A stretch of 63,474 bases of DNA, filler included, from Reticulomyxa filosa (lineage: Eukaryota; Protista; Foraminifera): assembly GCA_000512085.1 (NCBI GenBank). It is 19 parts of 19 records of this genome, joined end to end, with 100 filler letters (N's around TTAATTAATTAA, not from the genome) between each part and the next. Parts side by side here need not be neighbours in the genome. Positions count along the whole stretch, not along the records: positions 49,857 to 52,144 come from ASPP01004239.1; positions 52,245 to 53,586 come from ASPP01018197.1; positions 53,687 to 56,747 come from ASPP01005332.1; positions 56,848 to 63,474 come from ASPP01008084.1; 15 more parts are not named here. One strand, written 5' to 3'. The first letter of the stretch is position 1, and each line of letters starts with the position of its first letter. The notes below the pieces were generated by a model. It was given only the letters and a program-made list of their open reading frames with translations, was not told the origin of the DNA and did not search any database. The translations under genes were made by a program, and so were the position numbers. Positions 50,875 through 63,474 of the stretch are shown here, one piece after another.

Positions 50875-51975
50875 TCAAACAAAACATTTGTGAATGATGA
50901 AAAGCGTTGCCAATGCAATAACAACTCCTCCAATAACTTTCGTGCCGTGATCACTGATCAATGGTCTTTGTATTTGTGTACTACCTTCCATGCCATTGAC
51001 CGCAGATCCAGCAGACGAACCATTGAAATGGTGGGGAACACCGTAAGCGCTTCCAGGTTCAGTCATTGTTACCCCAATGATGTATGGAGCCCCATTGTTC
51101 ATCCCATTATTTGGATCCGACAATTCATAATATCCTGTCGCCGTGTTACCACCTCGCATCACTATAAGCCATGTAATAGCAATTACAAACGTTTAACCTC
51201 ACTCAACAAGGGGGAGAAAAAAAAGTGAACTTGCAATGTTGGGTTGAAGCAGTGCCTGACCCAAAGGCGCGGTCAAACTAACGGCATTTAAATTAGATTG
51301 TGCCGGTGCTGATTGATATTGCATTTGCAAGTGAGGATTGGCTTGAAAGTCTCTAAACAAGATTGCTTTCGAATCGGGTGATAATGGTCTAGCAGTGACG
51401 CCTTGGTTTCCATGGAAATCCATGTCATCTGTCATTGTTCGTTCCAATATTTGTTGTTTTTTTTTTTTTTTGAGTATATAACATTGCCAAAGGGAACAAA
51501 AAAAAAAAAAACAAACTCGCTCCAAACCTGGCGCCCCTAAATGTTCAGACATTGTATTGGCATAAGAAAAGCCCGATTCTTTTCGCGGCGTGTGGATTCC
51601 AAGTTGATTGGCGATCGCAACTTGCCGTTCGCTCCCCGAGTGCGGATATCCTGGGGACTGTCCACGCGTATTGTGGTTGTGTTTGCTGCTGTGTGAATGG
51701 CCTTTTTTCAGACTCCCTTGCAATTGGAACATGTCCGCATCATCATCACTAAAGCGATCAACTTGTTTATTGTCCCTTTCTCGTTCTCTTTCTTTTTCTT
51801 TTTCTTTTTCTTTTTCTTTTTGTATTTGTGTTTCTTTTAATGTATTGACTTCTTTCTCAATTTTTCAATCTTATTTTGAGAGTCGTTCAATTCTTCCTCT
51901 TTCGTTTGCATCTCTTTATCCAGCTTGCGCATCTTTGTTTCATACGTCTGCAAGTCATCGGTTGCATCATCAATA
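50875..51975 (-). CDS. Hypothetical multi-exon protein with a C-terminal transmembrane anchor
   Basis: Charged N-terminal exon, low-complexity middle, ends in VIGGVVIALATLFIIHKCFV*. Confidence 0.6.
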
Positions 51976-52099
51976 TGGTCTTGCACTGACGTTAGTGTTT
52001 CTTGCAACTCCTTTTTTCATTAAAATAAATTAAAGTTTAGTTTTTAGGTGGCACTTAAGAATAAGTGTGAGGGCGATATAAAATAGCAATATTTGAGTT

Positions 52100-52132
<33 letters not shown>

Positions 52133-53850
52133 GTGTTTTTTTTTNNNNNNNNNNNNNNNNNNNNNNNNNNNNNNNNNNNNNNNNNNNNTTAATTAATTAA
52201 NNNNNNNNNNNNNNNNNNNNNNNNNNNNNNNNNNNNNNNNNNNNGGTTTGTTGTCAGATGAAAAAAAGCTGATCAAAAGAAGTTTGGGCAAATTTTTCGT
52301 TGAATTTTAAAATAATATCATAAACAATCAACATAAAAAAACTGAGTGTTTGCTTGTATAAAATGCATACAATTTCAGACATTCAAACACATTATTTGTC
52401 ATTATATCCAATGTAAAATCCGATTGTTATAGAATAGAATCATTCATTATTCTTTTCCTTTTTATTTTCAGTCATATCTTTGCTCCATTTACCACTGGCT
52501 GATAAAATGACGTGTTTAATAAATTGAAATAAATCAAAATTGCTAAAAGAAGAAGTGAAAAATGTCAAATGATTATTGATTCCACTTATTTATGTATTTC
52601 ATTGTCAATGTGTGATTTTTTTTTTTGATAATCAATTTAATTTGGTAAAAATGACCTCGTTTGTTTTCATTGATTTGCCGAAGCTGGAATTTTTCATTAT
52701 CAGTCGTGGCAGCACTTGCTTCTTGTTTCTTGCTGCTTTCATTGGAAGCTATATTCGCTTCTTCTTTTTTATTTTTCTTTTCCTTTTCCATTTTCTTTAT
52801 CTTTATCTTTATTTTCATCTGGAAAAACATAAATATCGTCATATTCGCTGTGCTCTTCCCATTCTTTTGGTGTTTGTCTTGGTTTTATGTTTTCCAATCA
52901 TTGTTGTTGTTCATATCTAAATTCTTTTTTGTCACTGTCATCTTCGTCGATGAACTTTTCCAACCAATTTTGCATGAAGCCTTTTTTTTTTGGTCCCCTT
53001 TTTTTTTTAAGCGGAAAGACGCAATATTGAATTGTGAATGTATTATATGTAAAATACCAAAAAAAAAAGAACTGTATGTTTCTTTGGCCAATCAATGGTG
53101 CCACCATGAATTCAAGATTTCTTTTTTGACCAAAAAGGATACAATCCCTTTGATTGAATAGTGGACTATCTTCGGATTCACTGGAAACCCGAAAGTTAAT
53201 TTCTAATTGATATTGTTTGTCTCGTGAAGTGGCATTGAAACTTAGGCTTGTCGCGTTACTTGTACTTTCAAATCTTTATTAGCCATCTCTGCTAGATCTA
53301 CCTTCACAAAGCTGTTCTTTTTATCTTGGAACTATAAAAAATTCAGAGTAATGGTTTTGCTATTGCCGTTCTCCCCTTTTTTCATACGTTCTAGCTTCCT
53401 CTGAAAAAAAAATTCTTTATGATTACAAAAAGGACAAGAATACAGGTTATCGTGCAAAAATAAAAATAAAAAGTTGAATATTTTTTTAATTATGAAAATT
53501 TGAGCTTTTTAATAAAGTATTAATAATAATAAACATCGTAATTTTTATTTAAAAAAACTCTAGTTTTAAAAAAAATGATTATCCGANNNNNNNNNNNNNN
53601 NNNNNNNNNNNNNNNNNNNNNNNNNNNNNNTTAATTAATTAANNNNNNNNNNNNNNNNNNNNNNNNNNNNNNNNNNNNNNNNNNNNGAAAGCTATTATTC
53701 CAAAATTTAATTACTTTTACAGCTTTGTTGCACGAGTTCTGAAGATATCATTCAATTGTTTTACATTCAAATTGAAAGTTTTTAAAAGTGATAAAGAAGT
53801 TTTTAAAAAGCCAGATAGACTTCGTCAAAAGAAACAATGAAAAAATTATA

Positions 53851-54617
53851 TTACACTTTGTTGTCTAAACAGCAAAATTGGATAGATGACATAACAATGA
53901 ATCTTTTTCGCTTAAAATAGATTTGGTGACCAGCATTGTTGAAATTCCTCGTTTTTGCGCGTATCTTCTTGAATTTCCTTTTTCCTTCTTTCCTTTCGAA
54001 TTTTTTCACGATATTCTTGCAACTATTGTACAAAATCTTTTTTATTTTGTTTACAGGCTTGTGAGAAACTTTTACCTGCTTATTTTCTGCAAGGAGTTGT
54101 TGATAATATTGTCTTCTTGCAATATTTTCAATTTCTGTTTTTTTTTCCACGTTATCTCGAAATTGTACAATTTTCTGTTGTTATGTACAATAATTCACTA
54201 TCGTGATCTTTTGAATAAATAGTTGTTACTGTGAAAAAACCCAACTTCATGCAAGTTTTCTTCCTCTTTTAGTGCTTGAGTTTTCAAGTCTCTTTTAATT
54301 TTCAAATGTTCTTTGAATTCTTCATTTTTTTGAGCACTGGCATAGTACAAAAAAAAACATGTTGAAAATTTTCTATGAATGCACACTATCTCATTTTTTT
54401 TTACTAACAAAAATTCTTTTTTATCTGCTCTTGTGCCATGAAAAATGTTGTAGCGATGTTTGGCTAATTGTTGTCGTCTTTGGCGAAGATTTTCTAGACG
54501 TATTTTCTCCTCTTCAAACTGTTTTTCGATCGTTTCTTGATTGTTTTTTCCGTTACTATTTCGAATTCGTCTTTTTGTGATAGATTCATATTTTGGAAAA
54601 ACATCGTAATCGCACAT
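53851..54617 (-). CDS. Hypothetical charged coiled-coil protein with short introns
   Basis: K/E/R/Q-rich ORF pieces 54198-54617 and 53851-54150. Confidence 0.45.
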
Positions 54618-55153
54618 TGTGCAGTTATATTAAATCGTCAAACTTGTTCTTTTTTTAGATATGTTTAATTATATATCTAAACAGTTTTTTTAATCAATTT
54701 TGATGTTGAAATCTACTCAATAATTATTATGTTGAAAAAATTTGTCAATAAAGAAAGATTTATAAATTTTACATTTGTTTTTAATGTACAAGACTTATCA
54801 ACGGTATTTTTAGTTTGATTTTTGAGTGAGTAAACTGTAATTGAAAAACAGCAAATATGATGTGACACGTCCCGAAAAATGAGCTATGAGATCAGTTGAA
54901 AGTAACATTAAAAAACCTGAAGTAAGTTTAATGGTTCCAAATTAGAAGAGAATGGCATTCTCTTCGACAGTTGTGATTATGGATCCCAAGCAGGAGGAAA
55001 AAAAGGGAGAGACTCAAAACTTTTACCATTACAAAAGAAACAGACAAAGCACTGGGCCGGATTGTTTTTTTTTTAAACATTAGTCCTTTTGATGCTAAGA
55101 TAGATATGTAAAATAAAATGAAAAAAAGCTCTATTTAGTTTTTGTCATGACTA

Positions 55154-56290
55154 TTATTGCGTTGCACTTCCATCTCCATTATCCAAACTGACCAAAATGG
55201 ACCACTTGTTGTTCCAATTTTGGATTAGGTTAATAGCCGGAATGACAGACTCATAATCTCTAGACAGTGAGCGATATGCCTCTTGTTCAGGCGGATAAGC
55301 AAAAGATACAAAAGGAATAGTTTTCAAGTGTTTGGGCAAGCATTTGTCACTTTGCATCCGAATATCAGAGAGCATATAGCCTTGCAACAGATCATTGACT
55401 TCGGCCAAAACTTCGCGTTTCTTTGTTTTTTATTGTCATAAACCAAGAAAATGGATTTGGGAAAGCAAACTTTTTTTTGAGTGTTACTGGAGCTGGTTTT
55501 GTCCAAGTTTTCCAAAAAAGGAGGAGGAGGAGGAGGTTCATTATTGTCAGTACTGTCAAAATCAAAGACATCTGGGATGGCTCCTGGCAAATGACCTTTG
55601 GAGCGCACACTGCGAGTCGGTACATCACCACCACTGCTTTGTGGTGGCGACACGGCATCAAAGCTTTGGCGTCCACCAGACGACGTCGTTCGTTGTGTAT
55701 TGTCGTCGTGTATTTTATTTTTTTTATGTCGGTTGTGTTTGTGTCGAAGAGGCTTCATGCCAATACCTTTCCCGGCATTGCCAACGGGTTGAATCGTGAT
55801 GGCCGGACTGTGACCACTCCTTCCGACGCCATGATGATGGATACCTCCTCCTCCTCGAGCATGTGCCCCCATTTGAGGGGATGACTGAACACTGCTGCCA
55901 CTGCTGTTTGCATAGGGGCTATTGGTATACGAATCCGACGGCGATTGATGAGGAGCCCCGCTGGTCGGAACGGTATCATCAGACACATTGGGCAACACTG
56001 TGTTTGCCAGAAACATACCTGGCGATGGACGGTGGTGGGTCCCGCCGTGACCTTTTTTCTCCGCCTTTTCGGACAATGTGGCAAATGGCTCATCCTCCGA
56101 CTTGGCTTGGCTTTCCATTGGACTGTTTTGCGAAGCTTTTGTCGCATCTTTCGGGGTCTTCACGCAAAACAATTCGTCATGAGGCATTTCATACAGAGAC
56201 TCACCACGATCACGCCAGTCTTGACGATGTTTGTTTATGCCCGAGTTGTTGTTGATACTGTTATTGTTGTTATTATTGTTATTGCTGTTA

Positions 56291-56322
<32 letters not shown>

Positions 56323-56740
56323 TCTATTGTTGCTGTTATTGTCGTTATTAAGGGACGTTGAAAAAGGGTAGTGCTCTTTCGTTCCTATATTTACGTCTCG
56401 GACATTGTCGCGATATACGTTTGCTGACGATGACGAAATGGCACCATTGGAGTCAGCCAGAGGTACCTCTTGTTGTTTGGATTGCGACGTAGGAATGGCG
56501 GAAGTGTTGCTTAAGTGATTGGGAGAGGAAGAAGAAGTATTAGCAGGAAGAAGAGCCGCCGAAGTTGTTGTAGAAGCAGAGGGTAGCGACGAAGTTGAAG
56601 ACACAAGCAAACAACGACAAACACCTTGCAACAATTGAATACTCTTGGAAGTGGGAGCGCAGATGTACAAAGTGTCATTCCATCGACAATACGATAACAC
56701 TTGCCCTCCATCCACTTTCCCCACAAAGGTGACCACGTTG
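55154..56740 (-). CDS. Hypothetical protein, 3' part, Asn/Ser/His-rich and disordered; intron at ~55470-55421
   Basis: A 470-codon ORF plus a terminal exon at 55420-55154. Confidence 0.7.
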
Positions 56741-56847
56741 TTGTTGTNNNNNNNNNNNNNNNNNNNNNNNNNNNNNNNNNNNNNNNNNNNNTTAATTAAT
56801 TAANNNNNNNNNNNNNNNNNNNNNNNNNNNNNNNNNNNNNNNNNNNN

Positions 56848-56884
<37 letters not shown>

Positions 56885-56931
56885 AACACAATACTACATG
56901 ATACATACAATACATTATGTTGTTTATGCTA

Positions 56932-57234
56932 GCAATATGCTCTGGCATCATTGTCGTCGTGCAAGCTTCGTATTTGATTCGCTTCCAACAAAATCTCGAG
57001 AAAGAAGAAAGTGGTGGATTTTTTGTTGGTTTGAAATTTGCATTTCAATGGACCTTTGGTGGGGTAGGTCCATTGCTCGTTTCGATAACTTGGTCCGAAG
57101 GACGGTTCTATTTCTGGTATTGGTGTATTGTGTTCATCGTGTTGGGATTATTTACCGTCGCATTACTGGCCATATCTGACATTGTCGATAATCTCAAACT
57201 TAAAAAAAAAAAGCGACTCACCAAGTCAATGTAA
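56932..57234 (+). CDS. Membrane protein, last exon
   Basis: Hydrophobic ORF after an intron-like poly-A tract and AG. Confidence 0.5.
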   Translation, partial: AICSGIIVVVQASYLIRFQQNLEKEESGGFFVGLKFAFQWTFGGVGPLLVSITWSEGRFYFWYWCIVFIVLGLFTVALLAISDIVDNLKLKKKKRLTKSM

Positions 57235-57858
57235 GGGCCGATCTTGTTTTTTAATTTTTGAGATGTTTAAAAATAGTGATTCATTTGCCTTTGTTCATGT
57301 ATTGTCAGCGTTTTTTCCACAGCAAGTCAATCTTTCCGACTTCTTTTCGTTTTTGTTTGGTCTCAGATCTTTGTTTTGCCTAACTCACATACAATACTTG
57401 CTCTTCCAATATTCGGATTAGTCATGTAAATAAAAATATATGCAGTTCACATTTCCATTTACAAGTTAAAAAGGCGATATTTCATTGCTATATTAAATTA
57501 ATCGTTTTTTAATTCTTCAATAATATGCAACAACTTTATCAAACGTGCACCAATTTTTGTCCAGTCATAATTTTTGGGCAAATAAAAATTGCTCTAGAGT
57601 AGAACTTATTGTGCTAACGGCAAATCTCGAAAGTAGTGAAATCATATTATCAGTTTACTGTTTTGACAGTGATTTTTTGTTCTTTTTTTTGTCATTTAAA
57701 AAATTGAAAAAGAAGATGTGGATATAATTGCATTTGAGAGAGGAATAGTAAAAAAGAAGATCCAGCCAAATAGAAAAGACAATTATTTTCAAATGAGTTT
57801 GTGCTTGTTTTTATTTTAAAAAAGCAAAACAAAAAAAAGAATAAAGGAAGTCAAGGAC

Positions 57859-59726
57859 TTAATATCGTTTGTTAAGATTAGGTTTGTATTGAATAGGAAA
57901 AGTTTCAGGAGTTTGGGTGATATCTTCTTTGTAGAATTTAAGTGTCTTATCGACACCACAAGCAATAAGACGAGAGCCAGTGATATCAAAAGCACATGCA
58001 GCAATACCACTTTCGCTATCTAAAGAGCCAGGTTGTGGTGGTGGACAATCAGAATGAAAGAGATATCCAGTACGCCAATCCCAAAATTTGATATGTCCAG
58101 TTTGATGAACACTAGCCAAAACATTAGAACGATTAACGGCTAAACCTTCAACAATACTACCAGGTGTTTCATTCATATTTCGAACAAATGCAGCTTCGGG
58201 ACATTTCCAAACTTTAATATTGTCAGCAGCACCAGTAGCAAAAGTATATTCTAAAGGATGTACAACAATGGATCGAATAGCTTTTTTATGATGAGTTAAA
58301 ATAGTACGTGTTTGAAATTTTTTTAAATCCCAACATCGAACAGTATGATCGTGTGATCCAGTAATAACTTGTGGTTCATGTGTTTGTGCAGCAACAGAAT
58401 GAATAGTACTTTTATGTCCTGTCAATACTTGAATTGCCATTTTCGTACGAATATCCCAAATACGACAAGTAGAATCTCTTCCTCCAGTAATTAATACATC
58501 AATAGTTGGATGTAAAGCAAGAGAATAAACACCAGATAAATGTCCATGATAAGAGCGTATCATTTTATTTTGTTCTAAATCCCAACAACATACTTTTTTA
58601 TCTTCACCACAACTAAATAAGTAAGGATTTCTAGCTGATATTGCTAATCCACGAACATGTGCAATATGTCCAGTTAATGTTAATTTTAATACACCAGTAG
58701 GAAATTCCCATCTATTTTGTAAAAAGATATACATATATATGTATATATGTAAATAAAAATAAAAATAAATTTAAAAATATAATATTCTTTTAACATTTTA
58801 ATTGTACGATCTGCTGATCCAGTACAAAACCATTCATTGGATGGATCTACTGCTATTGAACCAACCCATCCAGTATGACCTGATATTACTTTATACAATT
58901 TCCATGGTGGATGCCATTCAGGTTGTAAATAATGTTTTCTTGTTTTTAATTGTAATGATCCTTTTGTTATATCTAATAATTCTATTTGTTTATTTTTATC
59001 TCCTTCATATTTCATTAATTGTTTATCAATTATATTCATATTGTTATTTATTTCATTTGTTTTTATTGGTCTATTGGTTGGATCCAATAATACATCTTCC
59101 ATCACTTTTTCCATTCGTTCATTTAATATTTCTTCTGATTTTAATATATTTTCTTCAACTTGTGTTGGTAATGATAATACTATTGTTGTGTCATTATCAT
59201 CGTCATTATTTGTATTTGTATTGTGTCTTTTCTGTGGTGGTCCAAATAATGCTGATAATATTTGTCCATTCGTGCTTGTATCTGATTGTGACATTTCCTC
59301 AAAATTACGTTTTTTCGCATTTATATTTTCATTGAGATTTTCATTTTCATTTTTTATTATGTGTTTTGGTTGTAATAATATTTCTCCAAATTCATCACTG
59401 CGTTTTAGCGACATACGATATTTGATGCTTTTTTTTTTTATCCTCTTTTTTCTTCTCTTCCTTTTTAAAACAAAAAAAAAATGGATAAAAAACTACCTTT
59501 CTGATAATTCATCGACTACACATCCATAGTCATACAAAAACATATCACGTGCTCCTTGTAAACGTCTACGAATCGCTATTTCTGCTGGTGTAAACTCATG
59601 TTTTTTTTCTTTTTTAAGTTCATTTTCATTTTCGTCCTCGATCTCGTCTTCGTTCTCTGACCCCTCTTGAAAGAAACGCACATGTTTCTTTTCACGTCCT
59701 TTTTTTTGTTTTAATGCTGACTTCAT
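57859..59726 (-). CDS. PLRG1: Pleiotropic regulator 1 / Prp46 (WD40, NTC spliceosome), three exons
   Basis: [49 protein letters not shown] and [10 protein letters not shown]. Confidence 0.97.
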
Positions 59727-59968
59727 TTCAGTTTTTTTTCTTTTGATTTTAGAAATTTGCGTTAAACGCTATTTTCCTCTCAATCACCAACTTTTTAAAA
59801 CTCAGTTCTGCCCCCTGTTTTTGGAGACAATGAAATACTGTACAAATCTAAAGTGTTAATCAAAAAGAAAAAAGATGCCGAATTAAATTGTTGGTATTCA
59901 AATCTTTTGGAATGAAATTGAATTGAAAAAAAATGATAATAATAAAACAACTCAAGCAAACTCACAGC

Positions 59969-62343
59969 TCACAAATCTGATTTATCTGTATTGTCAGAAG
60001 TAGATTCTTCGTTTTGCTTATCAGTGTCATCAGAATTAACTTGGGAAAGAGATTTAATTAAACTTGTATCAATATTTCCTGTTAGTAATTGTTGTTCAAC
60101 AAAAGTATTTAAATGCTCAAAAGATTTTTCTCCAATATATTCCATTCCATTGTTTTCATTAGATTTGGGTAAATAAATGAGAATTGCAGGAATAGAGGTG
60201 ACATGAAGTCGTTGTAAAAGCTATGCATATATATTTTAAACTTTTAATATAATAATAAATACATATACACATATGCATATATAATAAAATTAACTTGTTT
60301 TTGCTTTTGAATAACAATAGCAAAAGAAACATCTTGAAATTTTGCAGCTAAAGCACGTAACATAGTGGGAGGTTTAACTTTTTCAGTGATCAATAAAAAC
60401 TTAGAGTTTGCACTATTTTTAGAAAAGAAATTATCAACATCTTGATCGCTATTAAGTGCGGGTACTTTAATGGAATGTAATGTACTAGTGGCTTCTTGTT
60501 CAATTGCCTGAGCTGTTCTTGCGCCCATGTAATCTTTTGGTTGTTTTTGTTTATTAACATGTCCAGCAGGGAAAATTTTAAGTGTTGGAAATCCTTTTAT
60601 TCCATATTTTGAACATAAAGGGTTATTTTGTTGATCATTACAATCAATTCCACCAAATAATACCATGCCTTTCAAATTGGTTGCTGCTTTTGCAAATTCT
60701 GATGCTAAACTTTTGCAATGTCCACACCACGGTGCATAAAATTCAATAATGGCAGGAAGATCAGAATTTAAAATTAATTCTTCAAAATTGGAAGGATTTA
60801 AATGAAGTAAATAAGGTGATCCATGACCAGGCTGTGCAGTTTTCCAATTTGTATCGTGTGGATCACGTGCATTTTGTTGTTTTTGGTTTTGTTTTTTTTG
60901 TTGCTTTTGTCCCGATTTTGGTGACTCTTTCTTTTTTGGCTTACATGCCTCCGTTGTTGTTGATAATTTTGGTATTTCATTAACAAGAATTGCTGATGTT
61001 CGTGTTGTACCACGAAGAATTCCAGTAATCCATGAAGATACTGCTGGTACATTAAATGTCCCAACATATTGTGCATATCTTTTTTTAATAGGCGCCAAAA
61101 TAATAATGTTGGAATATAACGTATTTAATTCACCAAACATGGTTTTCAACCAATCTTGTTCTTTTATTCCATTGATTTGTGAAAATGCAAATAACGATGA
61201 ATCATCTTTACTTTCTTCAATCTCTTTTAATATATTATGTGTTTTCTTTGCATCCTCTTCATCTTCGCCACGAATCAATATTACACATAATCCTTTTTTC
61301 ACACATTTTTCTTGGAAGCATGATTCATCAAGTAAAGTTGGCTACAAATTATTTTATAAATTAATAAATTAATTTTTATTTTGTTATTTTTTTTTTAAAA
61401 AAAAAAAAAAAAAATGATATTAACTAATTGTTCAGTATCCTCTATCTTTAATCCTTCTACGAATGAATATAAAAATGCCTGCAATTCACGAAATGATTTT
61501 GTATTTCCTGAAAATACTTGAGGCGTGTCTGTATTATTTTTTGGAAATACCATGAGTATCCCTGATTCACCAAACGCGATGTTATATTGTTTTGCGATTT
61601 GTTTGGCATGATTTTGTTGTAATTCTCCAATAGTCATATGATCTTTTAAAAGTGCACTCAATCGCTTTATGATTGGAGACATTTTATCTTTTTTTGACAA
61701 TATCAACGCTCTTGGCTTGTTTTCTTTATCTTTTTCAAGATATTTTGTAACCGTTTTATCGTTCAATTTTTTTACAAACGAAGGCAATTTGTCAAATGCA
61801 AATTGTTTTCTATTTCATATATTGCATTACATTTCATTGCATATGCTATTTTATGTTGCAATTTTTCTTTGTTTTCTCTTTTTTTTTACCCTCTTCTAAC
61901 TTAACATTCCATTCGCTGTTCTCTCTCCTGGATAATCATACACTTGCGATCCGACAAACACTTTTATTGTTGGAAAACCTTGAACTTCATATTTTTGTGC
62001 TATTGGCTTATTCTTATCTTCATTGCAATCTATTGCCATTACTTTCACTATCCCTTTCATCTCTTGTGCTGCTTTTATGTATTCCGGTTTTAATGCTTGA
62101 CAATGTCCGCACCTTTTTCAAATACAGTCAACTAAACAAATACTTTTTAAATTTTTTGTTGTTAGCCCTTACAAACCATGGCGCATAAAATTCCATGACC
62201 GACACGTCATACTCCCCTGCCCCCACCAACTCGTCAAAATTATCTGCGTCTACTTCCAACACTCCAGATGAACCGCCATAAAATGAGCCTTTTACTGCCC
62301 CGACCCAAGCTAATAACCAGAAACATGACAACAATGTCTTCAT
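59969..62343 (-). CDS. Protein disulfide isomerase family (PDIA6/P5-like) with signal peptide, two WCGHC thioredoxin domains and C-terminal KSDL
   Basis: EFYAPW/CGHC is split by intron 1; second EFYAPWCGHCK at ~60740; hydrophobic N-terminus; last exon ends TDKSDL*. Confidence 0.9.
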
Positions 62344-62702
62344 CACTTTTTTTAAGTTGCAACAAAGAAAGTTTTTTTCTTCTGGGGAAAATTTGAATTG
62401 AACGGAATCATTTTTAACCAAAAAAAAAAAGAAAAAGTTTTTTTAGTCCGCAATTTGTAGTTGATTCAAAGAGTATACTTATGTATTTTGTAATTTTTTT
62501 TCTTTATCAAGTTTCCTGGAATTGTCATTTTACATTTTAGGAAATTTAACGGAATAGTGAAGCTGGCCATAAAACATGCAGTTTACACACACCCAACGTA
62601 CAAGAATAATTTGTGTATTTTAGTTCTAGTTCTTTTCAAGGACATTATTTTTTCTCAACAAAAAAAAAGCCTTTCCAAAATTTTCAGTTGCAGTGGTCTC
62701 AA

Positions 62703-63320
62703 TCACAATTTTTTTCTTGAGCACTCCCTGATGAATTGCTGAACAACTGGATAATGTAAGACGCGAGGAGAGACAAAAGAACGACACTTGGAGATATGTT
62801 TCATAGCTTCATCTGGGTTCCATCCCTTTCGATATTTTGCAAATGAGGACAATAATAATAATAATAATAAAAAAAGCAAATAGTGAACAAAAATGAATAT
62901 AATATAAATATGTACACATAAATAGTAAATAGTAAATAGTAAATAATAAATATATAGAGGCATATTCTGTCGGTATAATATAGTAAGGCAGTTTATAATA
63001 TGCCTCAGTGTAGATGAAGTAAGCAAAAAAGAACTTTAAAGATGAGCCAGCACAAGACAAGTGTGGTAGAGCGGCCTTGTCCCCCTTTGCAATGAATGAA
63101 AACACGGGAGTTTTTCAGTTCGATGAACTGTTTCATTTGTTTTTTTTGAACGAAGTCTTCAATGAACCGAACACCTGCCAACAAGGTCAACAGTGAAGGT
63201 TGGCAGCAATCTACACAAGGCAAATGAAGCTGTTCTATTCCATATTTCTCATACATTCGACAAGGACCTTTACTTTCTTCACACATGTTAATCACCGCAC
63301 GTACACGTGGTCCTTCTGTG
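62703..63320 (-). CDS. PTPMT1: PTPMT1-like dual-specificity / phosphatidylglycerophosphate phosphatase, 3' part
   Basis: VRAVINMCEE, GIEQLHLPCVD, P-loop IHCKGGQGRS and W.PDEAMKHISKCRS. Confidence 0.75.
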
Positions 63321-63435
63321 TTAATATTTCAATAATAATAATAATAATAATAATAAGAAAGAGGGTCATCAACACACTCGGTGCAAGGAGGATTGAAGAA
63401 TATGCATATGTATATATTTATATATATAATTAAAT

Positions 63436-63474
<39 letters not shown>

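Noticed and set aside
54945-54965. GAAGAGAATG-G-CATTCTCTTC inverted repeat
   Set aside because: Short and isolated, with no second copy or supporting context.
1839-56847. Regularly recurring TTAATTAATTAA as a biological repeat or CRISPR-like array
   Set aside because: It is always centred in a fixed N-run, so it is a concatenation linker.
36352-59726. CRNKL1 and PLRG1, or the two JmjC loci, as a functional cluster
   Set aside because: They lie on different contigs, so their co-occurrence is an artefact of concatenation.
1-63474. Alternative genetic code or stop readthrough
   Set aside because: Conserved genes read without internal stops and end in TAA or TGA; in-frame stops occur only in regions that also look decayed.

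Overview
This window is not one locus. It is 19 unrelated draft-assembly contigs joined by an artificial 100-bp spacer (N44-TTAATTAATTAA-N44), so nothing across a spacer is synteny. Eighteen contigs are very AT-rich, intron-containing protist DNA. The expanded WD40 and propeller families, Asn/Glu tracts and many pseudogenes suggest a foraminiferan such as Reticulomyxa filosa (inference, not tested). One contig (1939-3580) is GC-rich bacterial DNA with a cupin gene, a terminator and a BMP-family binding protein gene. Recognisable eukaryotic genes are RPL30, JMJD4, CRNKL1, PLRG1, a two-thioredoxin PDI, a PTPMT1-like phosphatase, an ArsB-like transporter, a TLDc fragment, a C2H2 zinc-finger gene, several WD40 genes and remnants, and a Tc1/mariner transposase beside a 128-bp palindromic MITE. 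The most interesting observations are: (1) an ATG13-type HORMA domain fused to FN3 and a coiled coil; (2) an RPL30 intron whose donor can pair with an internal acceptor that opens a poison exon, a candidate splicing autoregulation switch; (3) an intergenic GC-rich three-way-junction RNA candidate; (4) introns with T-rich 5' halves and A-rich acceptors; (5) recurrent -1 frame breaks at A-runs. All calls were made by eye, without database searches.
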